Notes under the pieces: generated by a model | Told to the model about the DNA's origin: nothing | Database searches by the model: none | Seen by the model: only the letters and a program-made list of their open reading frames with translations | Part shown: piece after piece, positions 26,710 to 41,672 of the stretch | Position numbering within the stretch: position 1 is the first letter of the stretch | Layout: each line of letters opens with the position of its first letter | Translations under genes and position numbers: made by a program | Assembly: GCF_009914755.1 (NCBI RefSeq) | Contig: NC_060941.1 | Length of the DNA stretch: 64,000 nt | Origin: the human T2T-CHM13v2.0 reference genome, Homo sapiens | Direction: 5' to 3' (one strand)

Positions 26710-27170
26710 CAGTACAAGAGTGCTAGAGGGTGATTTGAAATCAGGTATAAAAAGCTTTCCATATGCATGCCCTTTGATCCAGCAGTTCCACATCTAGAAA
26801 TTATTCTAAATGTGTACAGAGATGCGTGTACAAGGTTTATCAGAGCATTATTTATAGCAGAGAAAAGCAACTGGGAAACAAGTTCTGCAACTTATGGTAC
26901 ATCCATATAATGAAATGCCATGCCAACATTCAAATGCATGTGGTAGAAAAATATTTATCTTCAAGACAAGGTCTCGCTCTGTCACCAAGGTTGAAGTGCA
27001 GTGGTGTGATCATAGCTCACTGCAGCCTCAGCCTCCCTGGGCTCAGGTGATCCTCCCACTTAAGAAAAATAATTATTGGTATACAGAAAAAGCTTGTGAA
27101 CCATCATCAAGAGATAACTTCTATAATATTGGTGTGTATAATTCTGGCCATTTTTATACATACACTTATT
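26710..27170 (+). mobile_element. L1ME relic containing an antisense Alu monomer fragment (26963-27059)
   Basis: ccctttgatccagcagttccacatctag...ttatggtacatccatataatg; Alu right-arm piece ggtctcgctctgtcacc. Confidence 0.7.
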
Positions 27171-29308
27171 TATTCACAAATGAGATAGTAGTAATTATTC
27201 TATTGCCTTCCTCATCCCCTCTTCCTAAAAGGTCTAGGGAAGTTTATTAAAAAACTAAATGGGATCATTGAGAGTAGGGGCTGAGAGAGCTGTGAACCCT
27301 GCTGGTCCCAAGAGCATCCACGTTGTCACACAGACCTCTAACAAACGATGTTTATCACAAGCACCTTGGAGCCAAGCATCTCTTAGGAAGGCAGCCGAAT
27401 GTGTGAGTAATTTAGAAAGATTTCCATTCAAAAGGACCCCACAAAAGTCGTGACAGTAAGAGAATGGAGATAGGTGTTACTGAAACTTTAAATGGTTGGA
27501 CAAACAAGGGCATGTCCTGATGTTCCAGATGAATATCTGTGCACCTGAGTATAATCAGCATCTCTCACCTTCCTATGAGAATCGATTTTGTTCACCCCTG
27601 TCCCTAGGCTGCGGATACCAAAGGCAAAGTCCCCAAATATTCTCTGCCTGCCAGGAATCTCAAACCCTTTGAAGGGAAAGCTTGATGGTGTTAGGAACGT
27701 AGAGGTTTTCCAGAGAAGGGTCTGTTTTGGCAATGATGGGGTCAGTGCTAAACAGTGAGTCCAAGATGGCTGAATGAGAGCAGGTGTTCTGACTTCAGGT
27801 GTGGGCTGCAATGATGACTAAGGAGTTTCTGGAAGATCCGTCTGGACCTTGAAGGTTGAGAGAGGTTTCAGCAGGTAGGTAGGGAAAGATCAGCAAGACA
27901 AGCAACTGAGGCTTAGAGAGGTGGCCTGACTTATGCCACACCAGCCAGCTTAAGAGGGAGCCTTGAACTTGGGCGGTGCTCTGGCTTCTGCAGAGCCAGG
28001 TGTACCTCAGAAGGACCGAGCCTGAGGAGGGGAGGTGGGAGACAGCCTCTCAGCTCCACTCTGATGAAATGTCTTGAACGTAGTTATCCCGTGCAGAGTG
28101 TAATGGAGGGAAGTCCTGCGCTCCGTGCTGCTCATTTGCATGTGTAAATGCATGTGTATATATATTGCTTATTAATGTCAGTGGAATTTGCATTTTAAGT
28201 GGATTGCCTTGTTGGGCATGTTCTTTAGAGCCCTGGACTTGAGCAGAATTTTCCAACTTGAAAGTTGCTGTTCCCTGCGCAATAAGCAATTGGGCTCTTT
28301 CTCAGGGGCCAAAAAAAGGGGGATAGATGGTTGTGGTGTAGAAGAAGGAAAGGGGCAGTGAATAGGGTGTCCAGACAACAGTGACCAGTGACTCTGGGCA
28401 GGCAGCAGCTTCTCTGTGCCCCAATCTCCTCATCTGCACTGTCTCCCCTGCTTACCTCACCGGGTTGACTTAGAATCCTGGGAAGATCATTGTCACAGTG
28501 GGTAGAAAAGTGGAAGACTCTACAGCTATAGGGGTGATTATCATTCCCACAGCCCAAATAGCAGCCATTGGTGCATTCTCTGCTGCCAGTGTTCATATGT
28601 GCTATCTGTCTCCGCACCTCCACCTGGACACAGAACCTGGCACATCTTCGAGTCTTTCCTGCTCCCCAGACAACTTTAATCATCAGCCTGGACTTCTCTA
28701 GAGAGGAGAGAATGGGGTTGTCTTGAAGACACAAGAACGAAAACATCCACACTGGACATTCTGTTCTCCAAATCCCATGTGTCAGGCCCCTTTCTCCACT
28801 CAGCAGCTGTCCCAGTGGTCTCTGCTCTGGAAATGTCAATTGCCTCAACTCCTATGTGTTGAACAATTTGACTACACTCCAGCTTTTATGCCCACATTTG
28901 CAACCCATCAGGATGCTGGGCAAACAAAAGGGCCTCCAGTTCATCAGACGCCCCATCCAGGGAAGGGAGTTGGGACCACAGACCTCAATTTGCCCATTAT
29001 TTCAACACCAGGGCACTTCACTTCAGCAGTGGAATGTTGCCTTGTTTCCCAACTCATTAGCTCATCTGCTCGTTGTCCCCTGATTTGATGACAAGAATCT
29101 GGCTTCCTGAGCATCTGAGGGCATATCACGGCTGTCATCACAGAAGTGACAGTGACTATGGGCTTGAGTCAACCATGCTTGTCTGGGCCCAGCTGCAGCC
29201 CCAGAGAACAAAGAACACTGGTACTAAGGGTAACCAGGAGGTGGGAGAGGGCAGAGAGATGGGGGACAGTTAGCTTCGCTACCAGTCTGTCTGAAGGGTA
29301 TAAATAAG

Positions 29309-30040
29309 TGGATACAAGACACAAATCTCACATGCTGAAGAATTTCAAATCATTGACTTTGTTACTCCACCCTTATGGAGTAGAGAACAGCTCTTCACTC
29401 CTTAAGTGTGGGCTGTGCATAGTGATCTTCTTTCAAGAGTATAGTATGGAAAGGCAGAAAGAAAAGAGAAGTTTTCCAGGGTAGAAACCCAGCATGACTA
29501 CCTGTATGCACCCTTGATAGGATGTGATAAGAAGATTATGATCCTGTGATTAACTTGGGTGATATGTTTTGGAGGGGAAGATCACTTTACCTCTGTGGTC
29601 TTCCCCTCCAAAACATACCCAATCTGATTATAGGAAAAACATCAGACAAACCCCAACTGAGGAACGTTCTACAAAATAACTGACCAGCATGCCCCAAAAC
29701 TGTCAAGGTCATCAAACCCCCTCAAAAAAGCCTGACTCATAGGCAGGAGGAGGCCAGGGAGACGTGACTACCAAGTGCAATGTGGTTTCCTGGATGGGAT
29801 CCTGGAACAGAAAAAAAAAAAAACTACAGAAATCAGAATAAAGTATAGACTTTGGTTAATAATAATGTATTAATATTGGTTCATTATTTGTGACAAATGT
29901 ACCGTACTCATTTAAGGTGTTAATAATAGGGAAATAATAGAGGAAGCAGAGTGAGGAAAAAGGAACTCTCTGTACGATCCTTGGGATAATTCTGTAAACC
30001 TAAAACTGTTCTAAAATGAAACATCTGTGAAAAAAAAACT
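29309..30040 (+). mobile_element. L1MC-family 3' UTR
   Basis: ctccttaagtgtgggctgtgcatagtga, acatcagacaaacccc, tgtggtttcctggatgggatcctggaacagaaaa, ctaaaactgttctaaaa. Confidence 0.85.
29542..29635. repeat. Inverted repeat / fold-back hairpin
   Basis: Perfect 19-bp arms 29563-29581 and 29599-29617; extends to about 42-bp arms with a 9-nt loop. Confidence 0.92.
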
Positions 30041-31158
30041 TGGCAAACAATCAGGATTTGTTACTATATTCAAACCTCTTCAACTAAACAAAGTGGCTGT
30101 TTTGTTTTAGGTTTTCTGCACCATCGTTTCTCACTGATGTTGGCATCATCAGACTGTCAAAGGCTAAACAGCACCTTTAAGATGCCTGGCAGCAAGTCCA
30201 TCCAGCCCAGGAGAAAATGGTCCAGGCCAGGGACATGCTATTTGTCAGAGAAAATTACTTGGATTGCTCCCCACTCCTCATCCCAGGGTGTGCCCCACCT
30301 TCTGATACTGAAAAGACTCATCTGGGGTATCTACACTCTGCAATTATTGTGTAGTCCTAGGTAGTGTGCTTATCTCCATCAGGATTCAGTATCTCCAGCT
30401 ATCAGACAAGCTTGGAAGAGCACAGTCCTCATAGGAGAGTGCAGCAAGCATTAAACACAGAATCAATCTTACTATACTCACAAAACGGATTGCCTAATTC
30501 AGGTGCCACAGACGTGGAAGCTCCCATTAGCCCCAACTGTGGATCTTGTTTGTCTCAAAACCCCAGTATATCCTCAGGAGCCAGAAGAATATCTGATGCA
30601 TAGTAGATGCTCAATAAATCAATGGTTATTCTGTGCTGGGTCCTGTGCTTGTCATCATTCACTCTAGATGTCTTCAATAGCCCCTGACACATGCCACCTT
30701 CCTCCATGCCACATCAAAAGTCACATGTAATATGCAAACATTAAATGTTGATGATTGAAACACCCTCATCCCATAAACAGTCCTGCCCCACCCCCCACCT
30801 CTTACATAACAGATGAGAGTGGACCCCTCCCATCAAGCTGCTCCTCTGTGACTATGCTCCTTTGCTCAGGACTGGGATGAGGGAGATGACTAATGTGTGA
30901 CGCCAACATGTCACGCCACACACCGGGAAATACTAACGCATAGGCTTCCATTCCAGCAGTATGGTGAGTTAGATACTTTCACATTCCTTTTGAAACAACT
31001 AAAATTATTGGGGGAAATTTTTTTAAATACCACTTTGGAAATGCCCATGTGGCACATGAGGAAGGGCTCCACAGAACCCCCAAAGTGGAACAGAAAGTAG
31101 CCAAGCCAACTTTTACCCTGAGAATTTCTACTGAAACTTGGAGAACTTGGCTTCAATT

Positions 31159-31432
31159 CCTCCCTCCCTCCCTCTCTCCCTTTCTTCCCTCCCTCCCTCT
31201 TTCCTTCTTCCCTTCCTCCCTTTCCTTCCTCCCTTCCTTCCTCTCTCCTTCCTTTCTTTCCTTTTCTTTCTTTCCTTTCTCTTTCTTTTTCTTTCTTTCA
31301 CTTTTCTTTCTCTTTCTTTCCTCCCTTCCCTTTCATTCCTTCCTTCTCTTTCTTTCTCTTTCTCTTCTCTTCTCCTTTCCTTTCCTTCTTTCTTTCCTTC
31401 CTCCCTTCCCCTTCCTTCCTTCCTTCCTGTCT
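31159..31432. repeat. CT-rich polypyrimidine tract (expanded Alu tail)
   Basis: About 270 bp of almost only C/T. Confidence 0.97.
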
Positions 31433-31846
31433 TCAGAGTCTCACTCTATTGCCCAGGCTGGCGTTCAGTGGTGTGATTTTGGCTCATTGCAACCTCCACC
31501 TCCCAGGCTCAAGTGATCCTCCCACCTCAGTCTCCTAAGTGGCTGGGACAGAAGCTGACTGCCTGCCACTATGCTCAGCTAATTTTTCTATTTTTTGTAG
31601 AGATAGGGTTTTGCTATGTTTTCCCGGCTGATCTTGAACTCCTGGGCTCAAGCAATCCACCCATCTTGGCCTCCCAAAGTGCTAGGATTACAGGTACACA
31701 CCACCATGCCTGGCTAATTTTGTATTTTTTTTTAGAGATGGGTTTCACTGTGTTGCCCAGGCTGGTCATGAACTCCTGGGCTCAAGCAATCCACCCTCCT
31801 CAGCCTCTCAAAGTGCTAGGATTACAGACGTGGCCACTGTCCTGGC
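31433..31846 (-). mobile_element. Trimeric AluJ (extra left-arm monomer)
   Basis: Right arm, then two left-arm-type monomers each with gaactcctgggctcaagcaatccacc. Confidence 0.88.
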
Positions 31847-34802
31847 CTCAGACTTCTGTTTTGATGGTTGTCTAAAACAGGGCAACAAGAGAAATATCCT
31901 CAATCTAATAGAAGCACACATCAATCTGGGACCACAGAGAGTATTCATCAGGTAAGGATGAGCAGGCAATACACCTGCCACGTAGAAAAAGGTGAAGGGG
32001 AAACTTGCTTGACTTGTTCAACCTTGGCATTTGGGGAGGGAGGAAAACAAACTTACTTGAGACTGTGTAATCATGAGCCAATCTTCACAAGGGTCTATGG
32101 TCATCATTTTAGCTACCTGTAGTCCAAAAAACCTCAAGGGGGAAATTAAACAAGTTGTCCTAGTTTGGTAGACCATGGCAGAAACCAATGCAAATCCCCT
32201 CTGGGAAACTCTGCTTCCACATGACTTACAGAATACTTACAAAATTCTAAGAAATATGGTGGCCCAAAGTCAAAGGTCCCCAGAAATTATCCTGTTAGGA
32301 CTCCAGGAAGACAGAATTTAAAAAAAGGAAAAAGAGAATGAGAAGGTCTAGCATATGTTTAATCAAAATTCCAGAAGGAGATGATACAAGAAAATGAGAA
32401 AAAGATAGTATTCAAAAAGATAATAGCTGAGAACTTTCAAAATATTTTTGTAAGACACACATTTTTATATCCAGGAAGCTCTGGTGGTATCTGATGCTAT
32501 TCCTGGATGGGAGGATTGGTGCCTTGAAAAAATGTTTGGCACTTCTGCTTTCTACTTCTTCTTCTTAGTTTGTAGAAAGTTGCCAAAAAAAAAAAAAAAA
32601 GTTGCTCTCCTCCTATCAAGAAAAAGCTGGATAAATTACAGAATACCAACTCTTCCTGGACCCATCAGAGAGATGAAGTCACAAGGTAACTAAGTAGCCT
32701 GGAATCCACAAAGGAGCAAGGCCCTCCAAGGAGAGAAGAGATGCATGAATGACCTACCTCCCTCGTGGCAGAACAAGGGAGGAGGAGGTTCTGCAGCCTA
32801 AGTGGCAAGGAGAGTCAGCTACAATTTTAAAGAACCGCTGAAGGCCCCGTGTGCACTAGTGTATCAGTCTGAAATAGATGCAAGCATCTGCTAAAACAGG
32901 AATTCCTGTTTACTCACAGGATATTTCCCACGAGCCTCTGACGGGTGCTCTGAGAAAGATTTGGGCCGGCAGGACACCTGAGAGAGCCACCATTTGCAGC
33001 GCAGACCAGCAGAAGGTGATCAGCTGCCACCGTGAAGGAGACAGAAAACTCTGCCATTTCCCTAGAGCTTCCTCTCATATGAAGCAAAAGCCTTAAACCA
33101 CTAGAGGAGGAAGTGCAAACCCTTTTGCCCACTGGGCACAAAGTTAGTGATCAGTGGCTATAGGGGTGGAGAGAGCAGGTGCAACACCCTGTCCAGACCC
33201 TTCTCTCCTACAAAGCAAAAGCCATAAATCACTTGAAGAGGGAGAGCAAAGCCTCTTGCACCCAGGCAAAGACACAACGTGGTTAATGAAAAGATGTAAC
33301 AAAAACTCCAATGCTGGGTGATGAGCAGGTAACTGTCTTGGGCTCAAGGGCCCATGTTGATATTAAGTAGACGTCTCTTACCACTGGAGGAAGAGCAGGA
33401 AACGCCTGTCTAAGACCCACCAAAGCAGTTTGACTACTGAAGGAAGAGACCACATGGGGCAACAGTGCTGGAAAGGCTTTACCCCCAAAGCTCAGGTACA
33501 CAGAGTCTCCCTGAGACTAAAGCTGGACAAGGCAACAGAGAACCTTCCTGCCCCCTCCACAAGCCTATCAGGGAGTACCCAGAAACAGCAGTCTACTGCT
33601 GGGGAAGGACAAAGCATGGAGAGAGATCTACTTTGTGACACAGGCATTGAAAGACTGGGTGAGTTGAGGGTGGACCACTCACACTGTGAAAACCCTCCAG
33701 CACGCCAGCCTTGACCCTAAATATAGGCAACAGCAGCACACTGATCGGAAACCTGGAAGCCTGCGGTCCAATAATGGTAACCATAGCAACAGCAAAATCC
33801 AAATCCAGCTCAACCTGTAGCTAGCATGACTCACCCCTCCACCTAATGACCCAAAACAAGAAGCATGCCCACTTCCAGGCATGCATATGATCTATCTTTT
33901 GCTAACCAGTTTTAGTGTGATATTTGACATTCAATCAAAAATTATGAGACATTAAAAAAGGGCAAGAAAACGCAAATTATTTAAAAGAGATAAAACAACC
34001 AAAAAAATAAGACTCAGATATGATCTTCATGTTAGAACTATCAGACAAGTACTTTAAAATAATTATGATTAAAGTGCTAAAGGAGCTAGTGAAAAAGTGG
34101 GCGGCATGCATGAATGGATGTAGAATTTCAGCTAAGAGAAAGAAATTGTAAGAAAGAGTAAACTGGGAATACAAGAAACAAGAAAAAAGACAAAATCAGA
34201 GAAAAAAATTTCCTTTGATGGGCTCATTAGTACACCCAAGACAGCAAAATATGTCAATAGAAATTACACAAACTGAAAAAGAAAAAGGAAAGGGGAGAGA
34301 ACTGGATTAGAATATATATGAGCTAAAGACATACACAATGGCCTAATATATATATAATTGGAGTCCCAGTGAAAATGATTTTCAAAAATCAAGAAAAACT
34401 GAAGACTTTTACAGACAAAGGCCAAAAGAATTTATTACTAACAGGTCTGTACTGTTAAAGGAAGTTCTTGAGGCCCAGAGAATATGATACCACACAGAAA
34501 CTATACCAAAAAAAAACACCTTCAAAAATGGTAAAAATAAAGGTAAATACAAAAATATTATTTTCTCATTTTTAGTTACTCTAAAAATAGTTGTCTTGTT
34601 AAGCAAAAAAAAGTTATATTTTGGAGATATTTTGGGGTTTATAATGTGGAAAATAAAATGTGTATCATCGATAGCACAAGCATAGGTGGAAGAAATTGAA
34701 AGTATATAGTTCTTATATAATATAGTGACTTAGTATAAAACTATTTGAAGGTAGACTGTGATATATTAAACATGTTAAAAACTCTGGGACAACAACTGAT
34801 AG

Positions 34803-34943
34803 TTTTATTTATTTTTATTTTTTGTTGATATGGGGTCTCACTATGTTGCACAGGCTGGTCTCTAAGCTCCTGGCTTTAAGTGATCCTCCTCCCTCAGTCT
34901 CCCAAAGCGCTAGGATTACAGGCATGAGCCACCACACCTGGCT
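34803..34943 (-). mobile_element. FLAM/Alu left monomer
   Basis: ggggtctcactatgttgcacaggctgg...gagccaccacacctggc. Confidence 0.88.
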
Positions 34944-37785
34944 CAGACTTTTCTTAAAAAAGTATAATAAGCCAATAATGGAGATAAAATTGAATCATAA
35001 AAATTAGTCACAAATCAGGCAGAAAAATAGAAAAAAAAGAAGAGATGAGACTAAATAGAAAATATTTAGCAGTATAGGAAAATTAAATAAAACCATATCA
35101 GTTATAACACTAAATTTAAATAATTAAAATGTCCCAATTAAAAGACAAAGATTGTCAGACTGCATAAAAAAGCAAGACTCAACTATGTGCTATATCCAAG
35201 AAACAGAATTTTAATATAAAGACATAACTGGTTAAAAGTAAAATGATGGAAAAGGATACACTCATGCAAACCATGCAAATATTAATTGAAATAACTAGAG
35301 TAGCTACATTAAAAGTAGTAAAGGTAGACTTCAGATCAGGAAATATGACCGAAATTAAAGAGGGGCATTGCATAATGATTAAGGATCAATTCATCAAAAT
35401 GAAATAATTTAAAGGTATATGCACCTAACAGCAGTGCTTCACAACATATAAAGCAATTACTGTCAGAGCTGAAAATAAGTAAATACATCCACGAATAGAG
35501 TTAGAATGTCAACATTCCTCTCTTATTAATTGATTGAATTAGTAAACAGAAAATCAGTAAGGACATAGAAGACCTGAATGACATTATCGACCAATTTACT
35601 CTGACATTTTATAGAACAACCCAATCAACAACAGCCCGTGACACATTCTTTTCAAGTGCATGTGGATCATTCCATAGAATAGACCATATTCTTGCCACAA
35701 AACACATTTTAAAACACCGAAATTATACAAAGTATGTTTTCTAACCACAACTCAATTAGAAATCACTAAGAGACAGATATATGAGCACTCAACAAATATT
35801 TGAAATGAAATAATACACTTCTAGTGAGTTGAAGAGGAAGACACAGGGAAATTTTAAAATATGTTTGAACTGAGTAAAAATAAAGGCAACATATTAGAAT
35901 TTGTGTGATGCAGCTAATAGAGTGTTTGGGGAAATTTATAACATTATATACCTGTATTAGAAAAAAATAAGTGTCTCTGATCAATTACCTAAGTTTTGGC
36001 TTTAAAAACCTATAAAAGGAAGAGCAATTTAAATCCAAAGAAAGCACAAGGAAAGAAATAATAAAGATAAGAGCAGAAACCAATAAAATTGAAAGAAAAA
36101 ATTGATAAAAATTAACAAAATGAAATACTGGCTTTCTGTAAAGGTCAATCAAATTGATAAACCTCTAGTCAGACTGATAAGAAATCAAAAGGGAAAGACA
36201 GAAATTACCAATGATGGGAAAAAAGAGGAGAGCTATCACTCCAGAGCCTACAAATACTGAACGGATATAAAGAAAATACTATAGACAACTATATGCCAAT
36301 ACATTTAGTGACTTAGATTAAATGGACACTTTTCCTCAAATATAGAAACTATCAAAGCTTATTCAAAAAGCAATAGATAAGTTGAATAGTCCTACATATA
36401 TTAAAGATATTAAATTTATAATTAAAAACTGCACACTGTATGTAGTCAAAAACCTTCCCACAAAGAAAACTGTATGCCCAGATGGCTTCATGTGCTCCAT
36501 GGCAAGTTTTTCCAACATTTAATGAAGAAATAATGTAAACACTACATCAACACTTCCAGAAAACAGAAAGGAAGTGAACACCTCCTAACTTAAGATGAGA
36601 ACAGTATCACACTGATACTAAAACCAAACACATTACAAAAAAAATACACAGAAAACTATAAACACAGACCAATACCCTTAATGAAGAAAGGTGCAAAAAA
36701 TCCTTAACAAAATATTTAAAAAATAAATTCAGCAGTATATGAAATGACAGTACATCATGACCAAGTTAGGAGTTTATCGTGGGAATGCAAGGTTGGTCCA
36801 GCCTGGGTGACAGTGGGTAACCCTGTCTCAAAAATAAAAAGAAAAAGAAAAAAAAGAGAAAAGAAAAAAAATGAAATTTTGAAAGTTTTTTAAAGTACCA
36901 CTTACAATATTACCAAAACCAATAAAATACATGTATAAGATTTATATGCTGAAAACTACAAAGCACGGATAGGAGAATCAAAGATCTAAATAAATACATG
37001 ATGATATATAGGATGTGTCAAGATGTAAATTTCCCCAAAATTGATCTATAAATTTGCTACAATCAAAACTCAGCAGACTTCTTTATAAAAGTCAACAAGC
37101 TTATTTAAAAAATTCATTTAGAAAAGTAAAGGAACTAGAATTGCCGAAACAATTCTGAAAAAGAACAAATTTGGAGGCTTATATTATTTGATTTCAAAAC
37201 ATACTATATATCTACACTAATAAAGACAGTGTGGTAATAATGAAAACATATCCAGAAACAGGGCCATAAAAATATGGTTAACTGATTTTCAACAAAAGTG
37301 CCGAGGTAATTCAATGGAGTATGGATTATTTTTCACCAAATAGTACTAGAATAATTTGACATCTATGTGCAAAACAAAGTCTTTGACACATACCTTACAC
37401 AATATACAAAAAATAATTTGAAATGGATCATAGACAATGTGAGCTCTAAAATGATAAACCTCTAGAAGAACACATAGGAGAAAATCTTTGTAAACTTGTT
37501 TTTATTTTGGAAAGAAAACAAAAAGCACAAACCACAATGAAAAAAATTAACAAATTAGATTTCATTAAAATCTCAAAATTCTGCCTTTTGGAAAGGCATG
37601 TTTAAAACATAAAAGGAACGAGCCATATAGGAAGAGAAAATATTTGAAAAATACATGTCTGATAAGACTGTAACCAGAATACATTTTGATCTCTCAGAAC
37701 TCAATTATAAGAAAATAACCTAATTTTAAAAACGTTTTAAACTTGTTAAAAGATTTGAACATATATTTCATGAAAAAAGATATAC

Positions 37786-38117
37786 TGATATGGTTTGCCT
37801 GTGTCCTCACCCAAATCTCATCTTGAATTCCCTTGTGTTGTGACAGGGACCTGGTGAGAGGTAACTGAATCATGGGGGTAGGTCTTTCTTGTGCTAGTGA
37901 ATAAGTCTCATGAGATCTGATGGTTTTAAAAAGGGGAGTTTCCCTGAACAAGCTCTCTCTGCCTGCTGCCATCCATGTAAGACGTTACTTGCTCCTCCTT
38001 GCCTTCTGCCATGATTGTGAGGCTTCCCAAGCCACGTGGAACTATAAGTCCATTAAAACCTCTTTTCTTCCCAGGCTCAAGTATGTCTTTATCAGCCGCA
38101 TGAAAATGGACTAATAC
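37786..38117 (+). mobile_element. THE1 (THE1C-like) solo LTR
   Basis: tgatatggtttgcctgtgtcc...gagatctgatggttttaaaa...ggactaatac. Confidence 0.92.
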
Positions 38118-38387
38118 TTATATACATATGGCAAATAAGCACATAAAAATATGCTCAAAATCATTAATACTAGAGAAATGTAACTTAAAAGCCAATTAGA
38201 TATCCATGCATACCTATTAGAATGGCTAAAAAACAAAACAAAAATAAAACTTTGACAATACCAAATGCTGGCAGGGATGTGGAGCCACTGGAATCCGTAT
38301 ACACTGCTAGTGGGAATGAAAAATGGTACAGCCACTTTGGAAAACAGTTTGGCATTTTCTTATAAAGTTAAACATATGCTGACTGTA

Positions 38388-39202
<815 letters not shown>

Positions 39203-40614
39203 GAGATAACCAGAAAATCTCCCTCACACATATTTACCCAAGAGGAATCAATTCATATATCCAAACAAAACCCTTACATGAATGTTTAGAATGACTTTAT
39301 TCATAATTGTCCCATACTGGAAACAACCAATATGCCCATCAACTGGTAAGTAAACAAATTACGATTCACCTATTCAAAGGAATACTACACATTGATTAAA
39401 ACAAAACAAAAAACAATGATACATGCAGCAACATGGACTCTCAAAAGCACCACGTTAAGTAAAATAAGTCAGAATCAAAAAGCTCCATGCCACATGGTCT
39501 TATTTATGTGACATTATGGAAAAGGCAAAAATGTAGAAATAGGAGACAGATAAGTGGTCACCAGAAGCAAGGGATGTGGGGAAGGAACTGATTATCAAGG
39601 AGCATGAGGAAACTTTTTAGGGTGAGGCAATGGTCTATGTTTTGATGGTGATGGTTAAATGACTGTCTGGATTTATCAAAATTAATAGAACTGTATACCT
39701 ACAAGGAATACAGTTTACTGTATATAAATTATGCCTCAATTAGCTTGAAAAAATGTACGAAATGCCAAAGCAAAAGAAATTATCCTAAAAGCATCAAGAG
39801 TGAGAAGACAGAAAACTTACAAAGAAACAGTCATTAGGCTGGTGGCTCACTTTTCCACAGCAACATTGGAAGCCAGAAGACCATAGAATAATTTAGCTTC
39901 AATATCCTGAAATAAAATTACTGCCAACCTACCATTCAATATTCCATGTAATCAGTCAGAGTCTGTCAGCAAAACAAAAATAAGTCTAAATATTTTAAGC
40001 AAAAAAAAAAAAAGAAAGAATTAACATAGGAAATTAGGTGCTTGCAAAATTGTTGGAAGCACTGGAGGAGTGAGACTCAGATGTTGCAGGTGATAAACTC
40101 AGAAATCAGAAGCAAGAAGCTGCAGGGGAGGCCCCAAAGCTGGAGGCAGAGTGGACCATGAAGTCTGTGCATGCTCTTGGAAACTGCCATCACTGCTGAT
40201 GCGTCCACTGGCACTGCCAGAGGAAGGTTTACTGCCAACTTCTTCATGCCTTCCAAATCTCAAGCAACTAGAATGCTGATGGCAGGGAATTCTGAAATTA
40301 GGGGAGTGAAACTACAGCAGTAGTTAGAAAAGATTATAGCAAATAACTTTGGAGATGCGATCAGAATAGCCTTATGTGATTCAGAAGAAATGGAAAGGTA
40401 TTGGTTAACTTTAAGCCTTATTAAACCAAGTATGCATACAAAATAACTAGAATAACTCCGAAATTAGATGGGCATAGAGTACATAATCCCGAAATAGATG
40501 GGAAAAATGGAATAATAATTAAAAAAAAAGAAATTAAAAAGTCATTCTAAAAGAAAGAGAAATACAAAAATCCAGATGAAAAGCATATTAAAGGGATAGA
40601 AATTAATCTAAATG

Positions 40615-40933
40615 CAGGTTGGGTGTCTATAATCTGAAAATTCAAAATCTGCGATGTTCCAAAATCCAAAACTTTTTGAACACTTATATGATGCCACAAA
40701 CTCTACACCCAACCTCATGTAATGAGTCGCAGTCAAAACTTTGGTTTCATGCACAAAATTATTTAAAATACTGTAAAAAATTACCTTCAGGCTATAGGTA
40801 TAAGATGTACATAAAACAAATGAATTTCATGTTTGGAATTGGGTCCCATCCTCAATATATTTCATTATGTATATGCATATATTCCAAAATCACTTCTGGC
40901 TTCAAGTATTTTGGGTAGGGGATATTCAACCTA
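40615..40933 (+). mobile_element. Tigger4b/MER46B
   Basis: caggttgggtgtctataatctgaaaa...ttcatgcacaaaattatttaaaata...ggggatattcaacct. Confidence 0.85.
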
Positions 40934-41332
40934 TATGCAGTATTCATAATAAATAAGAATGAATTCAATTTTTGAATTAAAAGCCCAAGATTATCAGACT
41001 ATTTTCTTTAATCTAGCGAAATGTGGCTTAGACAAGACAGAAAAAACATGAAGTTTGAAGGTCAAACATAAAAGTTAAGTTTAAAAAGGGAGGAAGATTT
41101 AACAAGAAAATACTGAACAAAAGAATTCTGGTGAAGTTATATTGATATAAGATAAAACAGACTTTTAGACTAAAAGTATTACTAAAAACATTGGGACTTT
41201 CTACATAATGATAAAATGTTTAATCAAAAAAATGTAATAATTCTAAACTTTCATGCACCAGAACCAAAATGCAAAATATGTAAAGTAAAAATTGACAATA
41301 CTACAGGAAGAAATAGAAAAGCACAATCATAA

Positions 41333-41672
<340 letters not shown>

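Noticed and set aside
28225-28848. Longest ORF in the window (207 aa, minus strand)
   Set aside because: No family resemblance and runs through MIR-like sequence; likely chance
31049-31516. F/L/S/P-rich 'membrane protein' ORFs
   Set aside because: Translation of the CT simple repeat plus Alu
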